This document shows positions 14,069-25,550 of a stretch of 64,000 nt of DNA, one piece after another. The notes beneath the pieces are model-generated. The model had not been told where the DNA came from, made no database searches, and was given only the letters and a program-made list of their open reading frames with translations. How positions within the stretch are numbered: the stretch's first letter is position 1; each line of letters opens with the position of its first letter. The stretch is from positions 24,118,001 to 24,182,000 of the forward strand of contig JAQFVV010000003.1 of NCBI GenBank assembly GCA_028023455.1. The letters are read 5' to 3'. Origin of the DNA: Epiperipatus broadwayi. Lineage: Eukaryota > Animalia > Onychophora. The translations under genes and the position numbers were made by a program.

Positions 14069-14555
14069 TAAGTCAATTATTTTATATAGCGAGATGTTTT
14101 TTATAAACAATAATATTTAAACAGCATTAAACTGTTGCACATGTGCTTTGGATTTTAAATATAAAATGAATGAATACTAACACTTCAACCACATGATAAA
14201 GTCTTTGGAAAAGATAGAATGGCCATCTATCTTTTTGAATCCAAATGCTTTTGTATGGGTGAATCTTAAGTGTTTGAAAGTGAAAGCGTGAAGATATTAA
14301 ATAATCACTTTAAATTACTTCTACATGCTTGAATGAATGACGCTGTGCAACAGTTTAATGCTGTTTAAATATTATTGTTTATAAAAAACATTGCGCTATA
14401 TAAAATAATTGACTTATTTACATACATTTGATTTCAAATAAGAATGACGTATTATAAATTCTAATAAATTTCACCAGTATTCATTCATTTTATATTTAAA
14501 ATCCAAAGCGTATGTGCAACAGTTTAATGCTGTTTAAATATTATTATTAACACTT
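14069..14555. repeat. Fold-back element (family C), complex inverted arrangement
   Basis: 14069-14140 pairs with 14343-14416, and 14455-14550 is the reverse complement of about 14110-14180. The core 14130-14340 is homologous to 23575-23790. Confidence 0.8.
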
Positions 14556-14589
14556 GGATTATAAATATTTGAAAACCAGGCACTCTTCA

Positions 14590-14745
14590 CAAACCTGGGA
14601 GCTTAATTGTAAGTATAGGGGATTTGAACTCAGATTTTTAAGCACCATACAACTATCCACACTATTTCATACAACTGATACACATGACCACACACATGTA
14701 GAAAAGATAAATAATCACCAATATATGCAATCAATTTATGCTGTC
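14590..14745 (-). mobile_element. Family B fragment (3' half of the hammerhead element)
   Basis: The reverse complement reads TGCATATATTGGTGATTATTTATCTTTTC...GTGTATCAG...GAGTTCAAATCCCCTAT, matching 12780-12864 and 51960-52076. Confidence 0.6.
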
Positions 14746-16136
14746 TATGAAACTATTAAATACAAAAATGGCAATGGAAAGTGACAGTGAGTTTGGTGTA
14801 CCAATGATGGCAGTTAAAGATTGGAATAGAGTAACCAGAAAATTGCAAAACTCCCCTCCCCATATTAATGCAAACTAGTTTAAAAGTGAAAGATGCTAGT
14901 GGTAATATTATAATGATATTAAGGGAAATAGACATAACTGGTCTGTAGATTATCATTATATAGAGAGAAAGGTAGTTTAAACCCTATTATAGGTAGAGAA
15001 TGGTTTTATGCTTTTGGAATCAAAATATGTAAATTTAAAAACAGAAATGGCTTTAAATATGCAGACAAATTGACAAGAGTTCTAGTTGTCACATGAAAAT
15101 GTTCTAGAGAGAAATTATATTGCTTTGCCTATTGTCAAAAAGCTTTGAAACATATCGACATTGTTCACAGCAGACCATTCATGATTATATTTTTTTGTGG
15201 GGACTGATGTATACTCAAAGTTGACTGAATATAGAATTGTTAAAAATATCAACACTGAAAAAAACAATGGAAAACTTAAGGAAATTTTTGATTTCCATGA
15301 TTTTCTTGAAAAGTCTATATCAGACTATGGAACCAGTTTTATGTCCACTGAATTTGAGAATTTTTTTATGGAATGGGGAATTAGACACAAAATCATGTCT
15401 CATATCACCCTGAGTCCAATGACATTGCAGAAAAGGCAGTTCAAATGTTAAAGCAAATGTTGCATAAGGAAGGTACTGCAAGTATATAGGAAACTGTATT
15501 CTGCTTTATTATATCAGCACAGTACACCATCATGTACTACTGGTAAATCTCCAGCTGAGTTGTTGTTTGTATGGAAAATTGGCACAAAGTTATTCTTAAT
15601 TCATGCAGATGAAAAAGTTGAGGATGATGAAAGCAACAGTGCAGAAATGAGATACATCAAGGGAGAAAAATCTGGATAAAAGACATTCTTGGAAAGTGCT
15701 GTGTGAAAGGCATTATCCAAAAATATTTGTCAAGACAAATAGTCCAGACAGAAACAGGAAAAAATATGCAAAATCATGTAAATCATGTCTAGAATCATAA
15801 AGAAGAAATTAATTGAAGCAGCAGTATTACAGTGCTGTATATTGCAAATTACATAGAAAAATCTGACAAATCAAGAGTAAATGAAAAGCACTAAGAAGAT
15901 GATAACATTACCATTGAAAAGAATACTCTCCTCTGAAAATACCAAAGAAATAAGAAGTAACCAAGTTATCACAAACACTGTATGAGACTTCAGAGAAACT
16001 GTAATTTCTGAAGTGTAGGAGGTGTGCTATATTTAAAATGTAAATAAAATATTGTATTTAGATTTAATAAATAATTGTGCTAGAGTTGAAATAAATGTTA
16101 AGTATTATGAAATAAAAATTAAAAAGTTATAAATAT

Positions 16137-18909
16137 TGTAAGGTCAGATTTGTATATTCACGTAACAAAATCCAGAGTTTAGGCAAAATATACCAAAGCT
16201 GACTGAACCGAGGTGGTGAGATCTTGGATCCGACCAACTTTAACTCATTTACCAGTACTCCATGATTTAACACCTTACACTCAGTCTCAATTTCTTCTGC
16301 AAGCTGGCTGGGCAGGGAGAGAAACATGAGACTCAAGGAAAAATTAATAATTTATAGATTTGGAGTATAGTATAAGAAATAACATTAAACAAATGATAAT
16401 TTTAAATATGTTTAATAAAATAATGATTAAATAAGTTAATTAAAAAAATAAAAATAAAATAATTGAGGATTGGGTGAATGGATTACCCATGTAGGCATTG
16501 CAGCAATGATGAGATAAAGTGATAATGATATAGTGGTGTCTCATCTTGATATGCAATTCAATTTATTCACTTATTTATGGTCTATGGATCATGCCTAATA
16601 TGGTGATATGCCAAGCTATTCTTTAGGTTTATTAATAGTAAGTTAAATATTTACCAGTACGATACAGATATAGAGATAAAGCTACTTATTTTAATATATT
16701 ACCCACGAGCAATTAATATGCTCAAAATACAGATTCATTAGGTAAAACCAGATTTCAAGTTCAGACTATATGGGGGAGAAAAGCTGATGGCCTTTAAATT
16801 TGGGGTCTGAAAAATATGGTACTAAAATATTAAAGGTCATCGTGCAAATGTGTAATTAATCTTGGGCTTCAGTACCTAATATTTGGTGCCCTTGGACCGA
16901 ACAGCTTGCTAGCATAATAAAAAACATTTCTAGTTTTGGGAAGTTGGATAGGCTTTGAATTCTGGACCCTCATGTTCCAATTCTAAAAGATAGCCATTCA
17001 AACTAAAGAATGGCATGGTCCAACACTGGATACCTATTTCAGAAGGCATAGCAAGATGTTAGTGCATATTTGGTGCTTAATAAAGACACAGCCACAATAA
17101 ATAATAATAATACTATTACACATATAAAATAACTAAATAATGCCCCTAAATATATATATATAGTTTCTGTCTGGAGAACCAACTCAGATAGCATATAGTA
17201 ATTATGCTAAGAAAGGGTTAACTAAATATTAATGTAGTTTATACATATTGAATCTGAATACAATTAGTTTTTATCAAATGAGGGAGGAGTGATTCATACC
17301 ACCTAAAGAGAAAAGATAAATCTTATGCTGGAGAGCTTCTAATAGTTTCTCCCCAAAGTTTACTAAATTAACCACTCCCTGCCTTAAAACAATTGGCATA
17401 TCATAACATATAAAATCAATAAATGAAATAAAAGAATCCAAACAGAAAGAAAGGCATGACCACAGATTATAAGAGATTTTAAATAATAACTGATTACAGT
17501 TATCACAGCCAAAAGAATAAGTTATATTAATTTACAGGCAAGTTTATGGCTACATTTTAGACAGCTTTAAAAGAGTTTAATTTATTGAAGATTTATAGTT
17601 TAAATTAATGCTCATAGTAGATAGCTTAATTAATATATTATAGTTTTAAAAGCGAATTTATAGAGCTCTATGGTTTGAAGAAGTATTTCCAATTTTTCTT
17701 CTTGCAGTTGAGTCATCCATCATTTGGGAGTAGGCATTGGCACTTTTCTCTTGATAGGTTGCTTATTGTGATGTTCTTCCTTGGCAGCTGGTGGTAGAAT
17801 TCTCCATCCTGATGGTGATGATGGTACACTGTGGCAGCATGTAGGATGGGTTTGAGATAACCATTTTTTGTAGGAAGATGGCAAATTTGTGGCCTTTCTA
17901 GCCACTCATTCTAAAATTATGACTGATATAGCTTTTTGTGGCAACACACTTGAAATATGGAGCATATCTTTTACAGTGCTGAAATGTAGGGTATATATAC
18001 TATTTTCTATCCTATATTATATTTGCCCACAATCTAGGTTTACAAGTTTTACTTAAATTTACAAAATTTGACTTTTCTATTGTTAAATTTTCTAATCACA
18101 CAATTTCATCTTAATTTAGCCAATTTGGTCCCAGTGGACTATAAAATGTGCTGCTTGAATGAGTTTGCTAAAATTTGTTATTACATGACCCACCACTCTC
18201 CACTCTATCTAATAACACTGATACACTTAAGCACATATATGCTGAAAAGATAAATAATCACTAATATATGTATTTAATGCTAAACCAGCAATCATCAATT
18301 GGTCCAGATTATTTATCTTTTCAGCATATATGTGCTTAAGTATATCAATGTTATTAGACAGAGTGGAGAGTGGTGGGTCATGTAAAAGTCTGTGCTCATA
18401 TACTCTATATATTACATATATAGATACAGGTATATAATAAGCCTGTGTTTCAGTTATAAAATTTGTTATTGTAAATTTTAGATTTAGCTGATATACAATT
18501 TTAAAACAGTGTGTGTGGCATGATTTTTTATTAACAAGATTAATTTTAAATTTAAAAATTTAACAAATTATCATATAAACATTTTGTTATATGTATGCTT
18601 GGTCACAGGTGAAATTGTGCATATATGCAATTCTTAAGGAAAATAGTGAGATAAAGTTATAACACATAAATTTATAATAATTAATGATCTAAACATCTAA
18701 ATATAAATATAATGTAGCATCTCTAAATTTATTAAATGCTACAGCTTGTATTCGCATATATATATATATATAGGTGTGCTGATTCATATATAATGATGTT
18801 CAAACAGATATACAGATATATGTGTACTCAATAGAATTTGAAGTTAATAGAGGTATTACTATGGGATATATTAAGTGAAGTGGGTAGTCTGAAGGAATAT
18901 ACCATTTCA
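16137..18909. mobile_element. Long non-coding element, probably a solo LTR of about 2.4 kb, nested in the Gypsy 3' LTR
   Basis: It has TG...CA ends (TGTAAGG...CCATTTCA) and a 4-bp ATAT duplication (16133-16136 and 18910-18913). It interrupts LTR homology. A second copy in opposite orientation starts at the same terminus at 48904. Confidence 0.6.
18181..18385 (-). mobile_element. Family B fold-back copy with a decayed hammerhead in the loop
   Basis: Near-perfect arms are 18181-18260 and 18307-18385. The loop on the minus strand reads CCAA-TTGATGA-TTGCTGGTTTAGCAT-TAA-ATACATAT-A-TTAG. Confidence 0.75.
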
Positions 18910-20639
18910 ATATATGTTGATAAGAAAAGTGTTTCTATATTAGAAAATATTTAACTAAAAAAATAGACCAGGATGCAGATTAACTAAAATGATAATAAAC
19001 AATGAGAGTAATTAGTCTACTAAAACATTTCATGACTATAGTGTTGTTACCTGGAATTTGATTGAAAAGGAGATAAAAGCTTATCTTTAAGACGAATTGA
19101 GATCTTCACCACACACTCCTATCAACAGAGCTAGTCACATTTATCTAAAATAACTATAAGGTTGAGTGTTCAAAGGACTACAGATGACCCAATGAACTCC
19201 ACCATTGAAGGTTTAAAAGTTGACATAGGGACTTTTTGCAGGCCATATTAGCTTTATTATGTTTTGTACAGCTCTATGACCGAGTATCATGTTATTATAA
19301 CATTAATCTATGTAACATTATTGTTAAATTGTATATATTCAGCATTGTTAATTTAACTTTTACCATTGTTATCTGTTGGCAATAAATATCAAATTTAGTT
19401 ATAAAGTTTTCTTGTGTCTGATCACCATTACAACAAACACAGTATTCATAGTTGCTATACACAGCACACTACAAAACTTATTGAAAAAAGGGCCTTCTTA
19501 ATATCTGCATTTAAAAAAACATGTGTATTAAAGTTGTAAGGAAGATCTAGCCTGGTCAGTGTGGATTTTTAAAACAGTTTATAAAGATGAGCATTTGGCT
19601 ATCAAAGCAACTTTGACCAAGTTACATTAAATAGAGTCTGGAATTTGTTGACTTTTTTAAACATACTATCCTAACATCTTATATTTCAGATCTACATCTT
19701 GTATGAAATCTACTGCTTGGTTTTTTAAGATCTAAGCAGTATATATCAATCTGATGATATATATAATTTTCTGTTTTTCCTACGTGATTTAATGCAATAA
19801 TTTAGTTGCAGACTCTGTAGTTCAAGGTCTATTGATCGTTCTCATATCCATTACTTCCTGTACTTGAATTTCTTATGAATTCGCGAGAAGATATATATTT
19901 TTAAAAAGATTAAAATTAGCTTATTAAGAAACAATGGACTTATTTTAAATGTATAATTAATTTTTTGTTTTCATGTATGCAAGTCTTTTTTATAAATGAC
20001 TTCATATCTTTTAAATCTTTATCTTGTGAATTCAATTATTTTTAAATTAATCACAAATGACATCTTATTTACATAATTATTACTATTTTTTTGTTTCATC
20101 GTTTTAATATTATTAAAAGGCTTGTCCGTACATAAACATCATAAAAAAGAGTATACTGTATAAACTTTTGACTGACCTTATAAAAACAATGTAGGTTGCT
20201 ATCAAATCTTAAGAAATCACTCAGATAACTTAGAAAGAAAACTATATACTTGTTCTTTATAAATTTATGTTTAAATTGGAAGTTTGTATATGCAAACTTG
20301 TGTTCCCAGAATTGTGAGCGTATAGATTAATGTAAGCTTATTTAACATATAATAAGTATTTATAAACATTATATTGAACATGTATGCAGTGAGATTGTCA
20401 TCTGCTACAGATATTTGCAAAGATTATAGTGGATATCGTAGACTAGTGAATAGTAGAGAATACTCTCTATATATAATAGAAATAATATGTGGATGCAAGT
20501 ACAGAATATGATAAACTACAACTTAGCTTATAATATATATATATATTACTAATGATGCACATTTAAAATACTTTATACACAAATAAAAATAGTTAATAAA
20601 TATTTTACTACACTTATAATCATATGATGAAAATATATG

Positions 20640-20845
20640 ATGAGAATGATCTGGGCCTACCGATGGATGCTGGTTCAACATGAAATACGCATCTTGGGGA
20701 TATTATTTTTTCATCTGTCTTTGGCTATATGTTTCAGGATTGTATGATGGAATAGAAGTTTGAAATATATTTAAGTATGTCTTTAAAATAAAAATGTTTA
20801 TATGAAGTTAAATTATAACATATGCTACTATGTTTTATTCCCTTG
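20640..20845 (+). repeat. Family B-type repeat with decayed hammerhead; direct repeat of 21840-22065
   Basis: It reads CCTA-CCGATGG-ATGCTGGTTCAACAT-GAA-ATACGCAT-C-TTGGGG at about 20655-20700. The following 150 or so nt align with 21900-22065. Confidence 0.7.
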
Positions 20846-20849
20846 ATAA

Positions 20850-21700
20850 AATATCAATAATTATGCGCTTATAACGCTCGTTATAAATAATTTATTTAAA
20901 GCTTAGCGCTTTCAAAGCTCTATGGCTTCATACTCATAGCTGTGTGCGGCTGATAGTGATGAGGGGGGTATTTAAATTTATGTTAATTAGTTAGATGTTT
21001 TGGTATTTTATTTAAAACATTGTTTGAATTAGTTTGTCCACCTTTTTGAAATGGTAAAACAGGTGTCTTTTCTATTAATTGATTGGGTGTCATTATTTAT
21101 GAAATATGCCTCCTTTATTTTGCGCCTATGATCGTTTCTCTCCTTACACACTATTCTGGCATTGGTGGGTTCAAATCTGTGTCCATTGGCTTTTTCATGT
21201 TCCAAGAATGCTGATGTAAACTCCTTGTTGTTCAGTGCCCTTTTATACATATATATGTGCTGGGATGATCTGTTTGTAATGGTAGTTTTTGTTTCCCCAT
21301 AATATGAGGCTCTGCATCTGCCCTGAGGGCATTGTATTTGGTAAATCACTTAAAATGTTAATTTGGGATCAAGTTTATCTTTTGAATTGCTTATTAGTCT
21401 ATTAGTATTGGCTGAAGTGCGGAAACCAAGTGGATGTTTCAAAATTTGTCATTTGGGCTGATGGATAGATGTTATGTGATTGAGCTGAAATGAAAGATAC
21501 ACTGATAAAAACAAAAACTTAAAAATATGTATTAAAGTGTAATAGATGTTAAAAGTGGATAGAAACCAGTTTCTACCTTGAGTGATAATAGTGTAGTGAA
21601 AGTTATCAAAACTATCATCATGGGCAAGGAAACTTGGGTTTTATTACTTCTAAGATACTATAGAAATATTATTCATTATATGAGATTTAAAGTGTATATT
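20850..21700 (-). mobile_element. Penelope-like element remnant encoding a GIY-YIG endonuclease
   Basis: ORF 21349-21029 reads (V)IYQIQCPQGRCRASYYGET...R..QH...H...GH...RKIKEAYFI...INR, with GIY-YIG Arg, Glu and Asn positions and CCHH residues. The upstream in-frame linker KHPLGFRTSANTNRLISNSKDKL aligns with the 8004 copy. Confidence 0.9.
20900..20941 (-). ncRNA. Variant-core minimal type I hammerhead ribozyme motif (A3-U8), copy 2
   Basis: The minus strand parses as AGCT | ATGAGTA | T | GAAGC cataga GCTTT | GAA | AGCGCT | A | AGCT. Stem II is 5 bp and stem III is the perfect palindrome AGCGCT. Confidence 0.65.
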
Positions 21701-21839
21701 TGGGCTAGGGATAATCTCTAGTTTTATAAATGATTAATGGTTTGTGTCCAAGTTGTGAGTGCAGAAAGTTTGACGCGTGTAATCAAACTTTAGTTGTTTG
21801 CTGTCTATATAATATTAAACAAATGATGAAGCTATGTAT

Positions 21840-22065
21840 AAGAGATTGTTATCTGGGCCAACTGATAAATGGTAGTTTAGCATGAAATTCCCATCTTGAG
21901 GGTCATTTATCTTTTTTATATATCTTTAATCATATGTTTCCAGAATGTGTGGTGGAATAAAAGTTTTAAATATATATATGAAGTTAAATTTAAGTATATC
22001 TAAAAATACGTATGTGAAGTTAAATTAAAACTTGTGTTACATATGTCTTATTCTCTTGAAATAGT
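21840..22065 (+). repeat. Family B-type repeat with decayed hammerhead
   Basis: It reads GCCAA-CTGATAA-ATGGTAGTTTAGCAT-GAA-ATTCCCAT-C-TTGAG at about 21856-21900 and is a direct repeat of 20640-20845. Confidence 0.7.
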
Positions 22066-23546
22066 GAAATAGATGTTTGAAAATGCATTAGAATTTAATA
22101 AATAGAACTTGATTTGTTAGAAATATAAGATTACAAATGAAAAACATCCTAAAAAATTATATTTGAACTTTGCAAATATAGAAAAATAATAATTAAGATA
22201 AATACATAATGAGAACAATGAACATTTTTTTTTGATTGGATCATATAAAGGATAGTCAGCTCAGCAGTGGGGGGGGGGGGAATTAATGAAATATTTGTTG
22301 TTTGAACTTTTTTTAAAAAATGTGAAACTAACAAAAAACTTCCAAATGCTGTTTTAAAATTAAAAATTGCATTTATAATTTTCATAATATTTCAAGTGTA
22401 GATTTTATTGCTCTATGTTTTTTATATATATATATTTTATAAATTGGAATAAATTAGTTAACATGCAAAGTGATAAAAAGTACTTTGTCTCTTTCCACAT
22501 ATTATTCAGTCTCCCATAAATTTTAATATGGAAAAAATTACAATTTTGGAAGAAATTTCATTTGTTGTTAAAGAAATCTGTGCAGTCTCACACTGATTAC
22601 CTAATGAGAATGAGTTTATTTAAAGTAAAGATCAAGCTGCATTCAAAAGATTTGTGGTATTTGTATGGATTATTTGTGAGACAATACATATTACTGCTGG
22701 ATTTGGATTGCTTCAGATCCTCTCAATTAGGTCACACGATAAATTCACTGCAATACTTATTATAAGTGTCTCATGGCTGGATAAAATATTTGTTATATTT
22801 TTTGTTTCCAAAAAAATAAGGGAGCCCTACATTCATCACACTGATTAAAATACTGGTGTTGCTTATGTTGGTGGAAAAAGAAGAAATAAAAACTAATACA
22901 TTACAAGATTGGGGGAGGGGGCACAAATTAATCAGTTACTTTATCTTAACAATGACAAAATTGAAACATTGTATAAGTCCATGTTCAGTAGTATGGTTAT
23001 AAATATATATTTGTCCTACCAAAAATGATTCTATCAATAATCAAATTTTTTGTCTACACTAAGAAAGATATTGTTTATGAGTTCAACTGTGGATTATAAT
23101 ATATATGATTTTTTTCTCATCAATAAAAATGAACATAATTAAGCAAAAAATTAGTTTTTTTTTTAAAAAATCTGGCTAATTATTTTCCTATCATAATTGG
23201 TAATTGCTAATTTTTCTCCTTTTTTGATATCTTTTATAGAAGTAATAACTTGTTTTTATTACCTTTTTTATTGATGGACTCAGCTGTCATTTATGATTTC
23301 AAACTATATATATATAATTACATATGACTTTTTAAGCAGTAGACTTTTTGGTTATCTATTAATGAACTTTTTTTATATCAAATTAACTTTATAAATTTTA
23401 TAATTATTACTTTATTTTTATTTTGTATCTAATTATTTATATTTTTAAGCCATCATATTTCACTTAATGTAATTTGTTGTGCTATTCGTAGATTTCAAGT
23501 TTTTCTTCAAGATATAAGAAATAAATAGTAATCTATCTTGTAACAT

Positions 23547-24000
23547 TAATATTAATAAGCCAATAAGCTAATGCACATGCACTTTGTAGATTTAACTATA
23601 TAAATGAATACTCTCACTTTCCAAACACAAGATAAGTCTTTGTGAAAAGATAGAATGAATCCATCTGTCTTTCGACCCAAACATTTATGTATGGGCAAAT
23701 CTTAGGTATTTGGAAATGAGAGTGTGAAGATGTTAATCAATCACTTTAAACTATCTTTTATTATGCCTGAATGAATAGTGCTTGTAAAATTTCTAGAATT
23801 TATGATATGTCATAAACGTTTGGGTCGAAAAGATAGATGGATTCATTCTATCTTTTTGCAAAGATTTTATCTTGTGTTTGGAAAGTGAGAGTATTCATTT
23901 ATATAGTTAAATCTACAAAGCACATGTGCATTAGCTTATTGGCTTATTAATATTACAGTTTATAAAAACCTAGCACTATATAAAATAAATGTCTTACTTA
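23547..24000. repeat. Fold-back element (family C) with unpaired 3' tail
   Basis: Arms of about 140 bp (23547-23690 and 23811-23954) are nearly complementary. It is homologous to the 14069 element, including the tail TTTATAAAAA...CTATATAAAATAA. Confidence 0.82.
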
Positions 24001-25194
24001 TAACATTAGTGAACTGGAGTTTGTTAACTTTAATTTTCCCATTAAGAAATCAAAGTAAATAAGATTTGTTAAAGATGGAGAATTAACATTAAAAAATTCA
24101 GTCTCACTAGCAATAAATATACTACATGTAAAAATGTTTTTATTACTTTGTACAATTTAGCCCATAATTCTACACAGAATAAAGAAAAAAAAAGTCTGTG
24201 TGATCAAATAAATATCATTGTTGTCTCATATGATTTAGGATACTGACAGAGTGGAAGTTTCAGTATTGACAGTTTCAGAATTGATTCTCAGCTAATTAAC
24301 ATAATTTAAAAAACTGAACTCAAATAATTGAATGGAATTATTAAATATTCTCAAGTGTCACATGCATAATTAATCATATGATGATTTAGTAGAAAATTAG
24401 ATTAAACTTTTTTGTGTGGTTTCTGTTTAGTGATGTTTAAAGATCTGACTCAACTGATCAAGTCAGAGCCAAGAGTCTTTGTAATATTTTAGTTTACAAT
24501 TCAGAAGTTGGCTATTATATATATATATATATGATTCAATATATTATTTAATTTAAAACTCAATAAATAGTGCTTCAATGCTCCAATTTATATATTTAAT
24601 ATATTTCCAATCTTGTATTTCTCTTTCCTACAAGTATTTAGAATTGTGGACGATGTGTTTATTGGAATTTATAATTTTAAATACTAATCTTCTGCTGTGA
24701 AAGTAGTTGTAATAAATTTGATAATTTTAATTTAATGTTTCATTATTTCATTCTGTTTGGAGAATATTTTATCCAACAAATATCTCAAACATATAACTTC
24801 ATTCGAAACTTGAGCTATAGCTTTTATAATTATTTTTGTATTGATATAGTGATCATCGTAAGATAAAAAGTATAATACCATTTTTATTTCATCCATTCCT
24901 GGCCAGAGAAACAAGCGTTCTATATAATTAATGCATTGTCTTGTGGTTGAGTGCTGCAGCAGAGTACCAGATTCTGTATCTTAAAATTCATGGATCAGGC
25001 TTCAGTTCTGTCATTTCCAGTAACCAAACTTTTTATGAACTTTCTAGCAATAATAGATTCAGGACTAATTTAATATTTTCACATGCCTTAAATATACTTA
25101 ATTACTGTATATATGTTATTTTAATAAAAGCTTTCTTTTATTTAAAAATACACACACACAAACATTATTTTTATATTTATTATTGAAGAGGATA

Positions 25195-25550
25195 ATAATA
25201 GTGTCATTCAGTGCAAGGCAGAATAATCAATGGATGCAAGAAGATTTGTGCATAAAATCCCTATTTAGTGGCTACTCATATAATATCCCAAGTCTTGTTT
25301 CTATCTTGTGGAGAGTTGCATTAGATCCTAAAATTTAGGTGCAGTGCTCTCAGATACAAGGCTTCTCATGGATGAAAGGCACAAGCTAGAAACTAGTCTG
25401 GAAATATTAGATGAATAGGAAACAGATGTGGATTTTATACACAAACTGGCTTGCACTAGGTGGGACTACTGTATGGAGAGTTTTGCCTCTGTTTTTTTAA
25501 TAGCTTGTGTAAGTATAGAAAATAGTTACCATGTGATGTTTAGTAATTTA
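25195..25550 (+). mobile_element. Family A fold-back copy
   Basis: The layout matches 4662-5031 (inverted partial copy, forward copy, tail ...CATGTGATGTTTAGTAAT). A motif TGGATGA-AAGGCACAAGCTA-GAA-ACTAGT-C-TGG is at about 25368-25402. Confidence 0.78.

Larger units (their letters stand above)
12179..19466 (+). mobile_element. Old Ty3/Gypsy LTR retrotransposon, internally deleted, with nested insertions
   Basis: 5' LTR 12179-13037 is TG...CA; the 3' LTR is split into 16025-16136 and about 18910-19466. TSD CACTA is at 12174-12178 and 19467-19471. A decayed tRNA-Ser-type PBS TGATACAGTTGACAGGAT is at 13044-13061 and a PPT at about 16010-16024. Coding remnants are gag (RLRQQLLFSKDLTYDEAI; CCHC CRDCGKIGHLEKAC at 13940-13981) and integrase (DVYSK...SDYGTSFMS.EF, about 15190-15460). 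No RT/RNase H is visible. Confidence 0.9.

Noticed and set aside
22268-22280. Poly-G runs (also 40481-40492) as G-quadruplex elements
   Set aside because: They are single homopolymer tracts without a spaced four-tract pattern.
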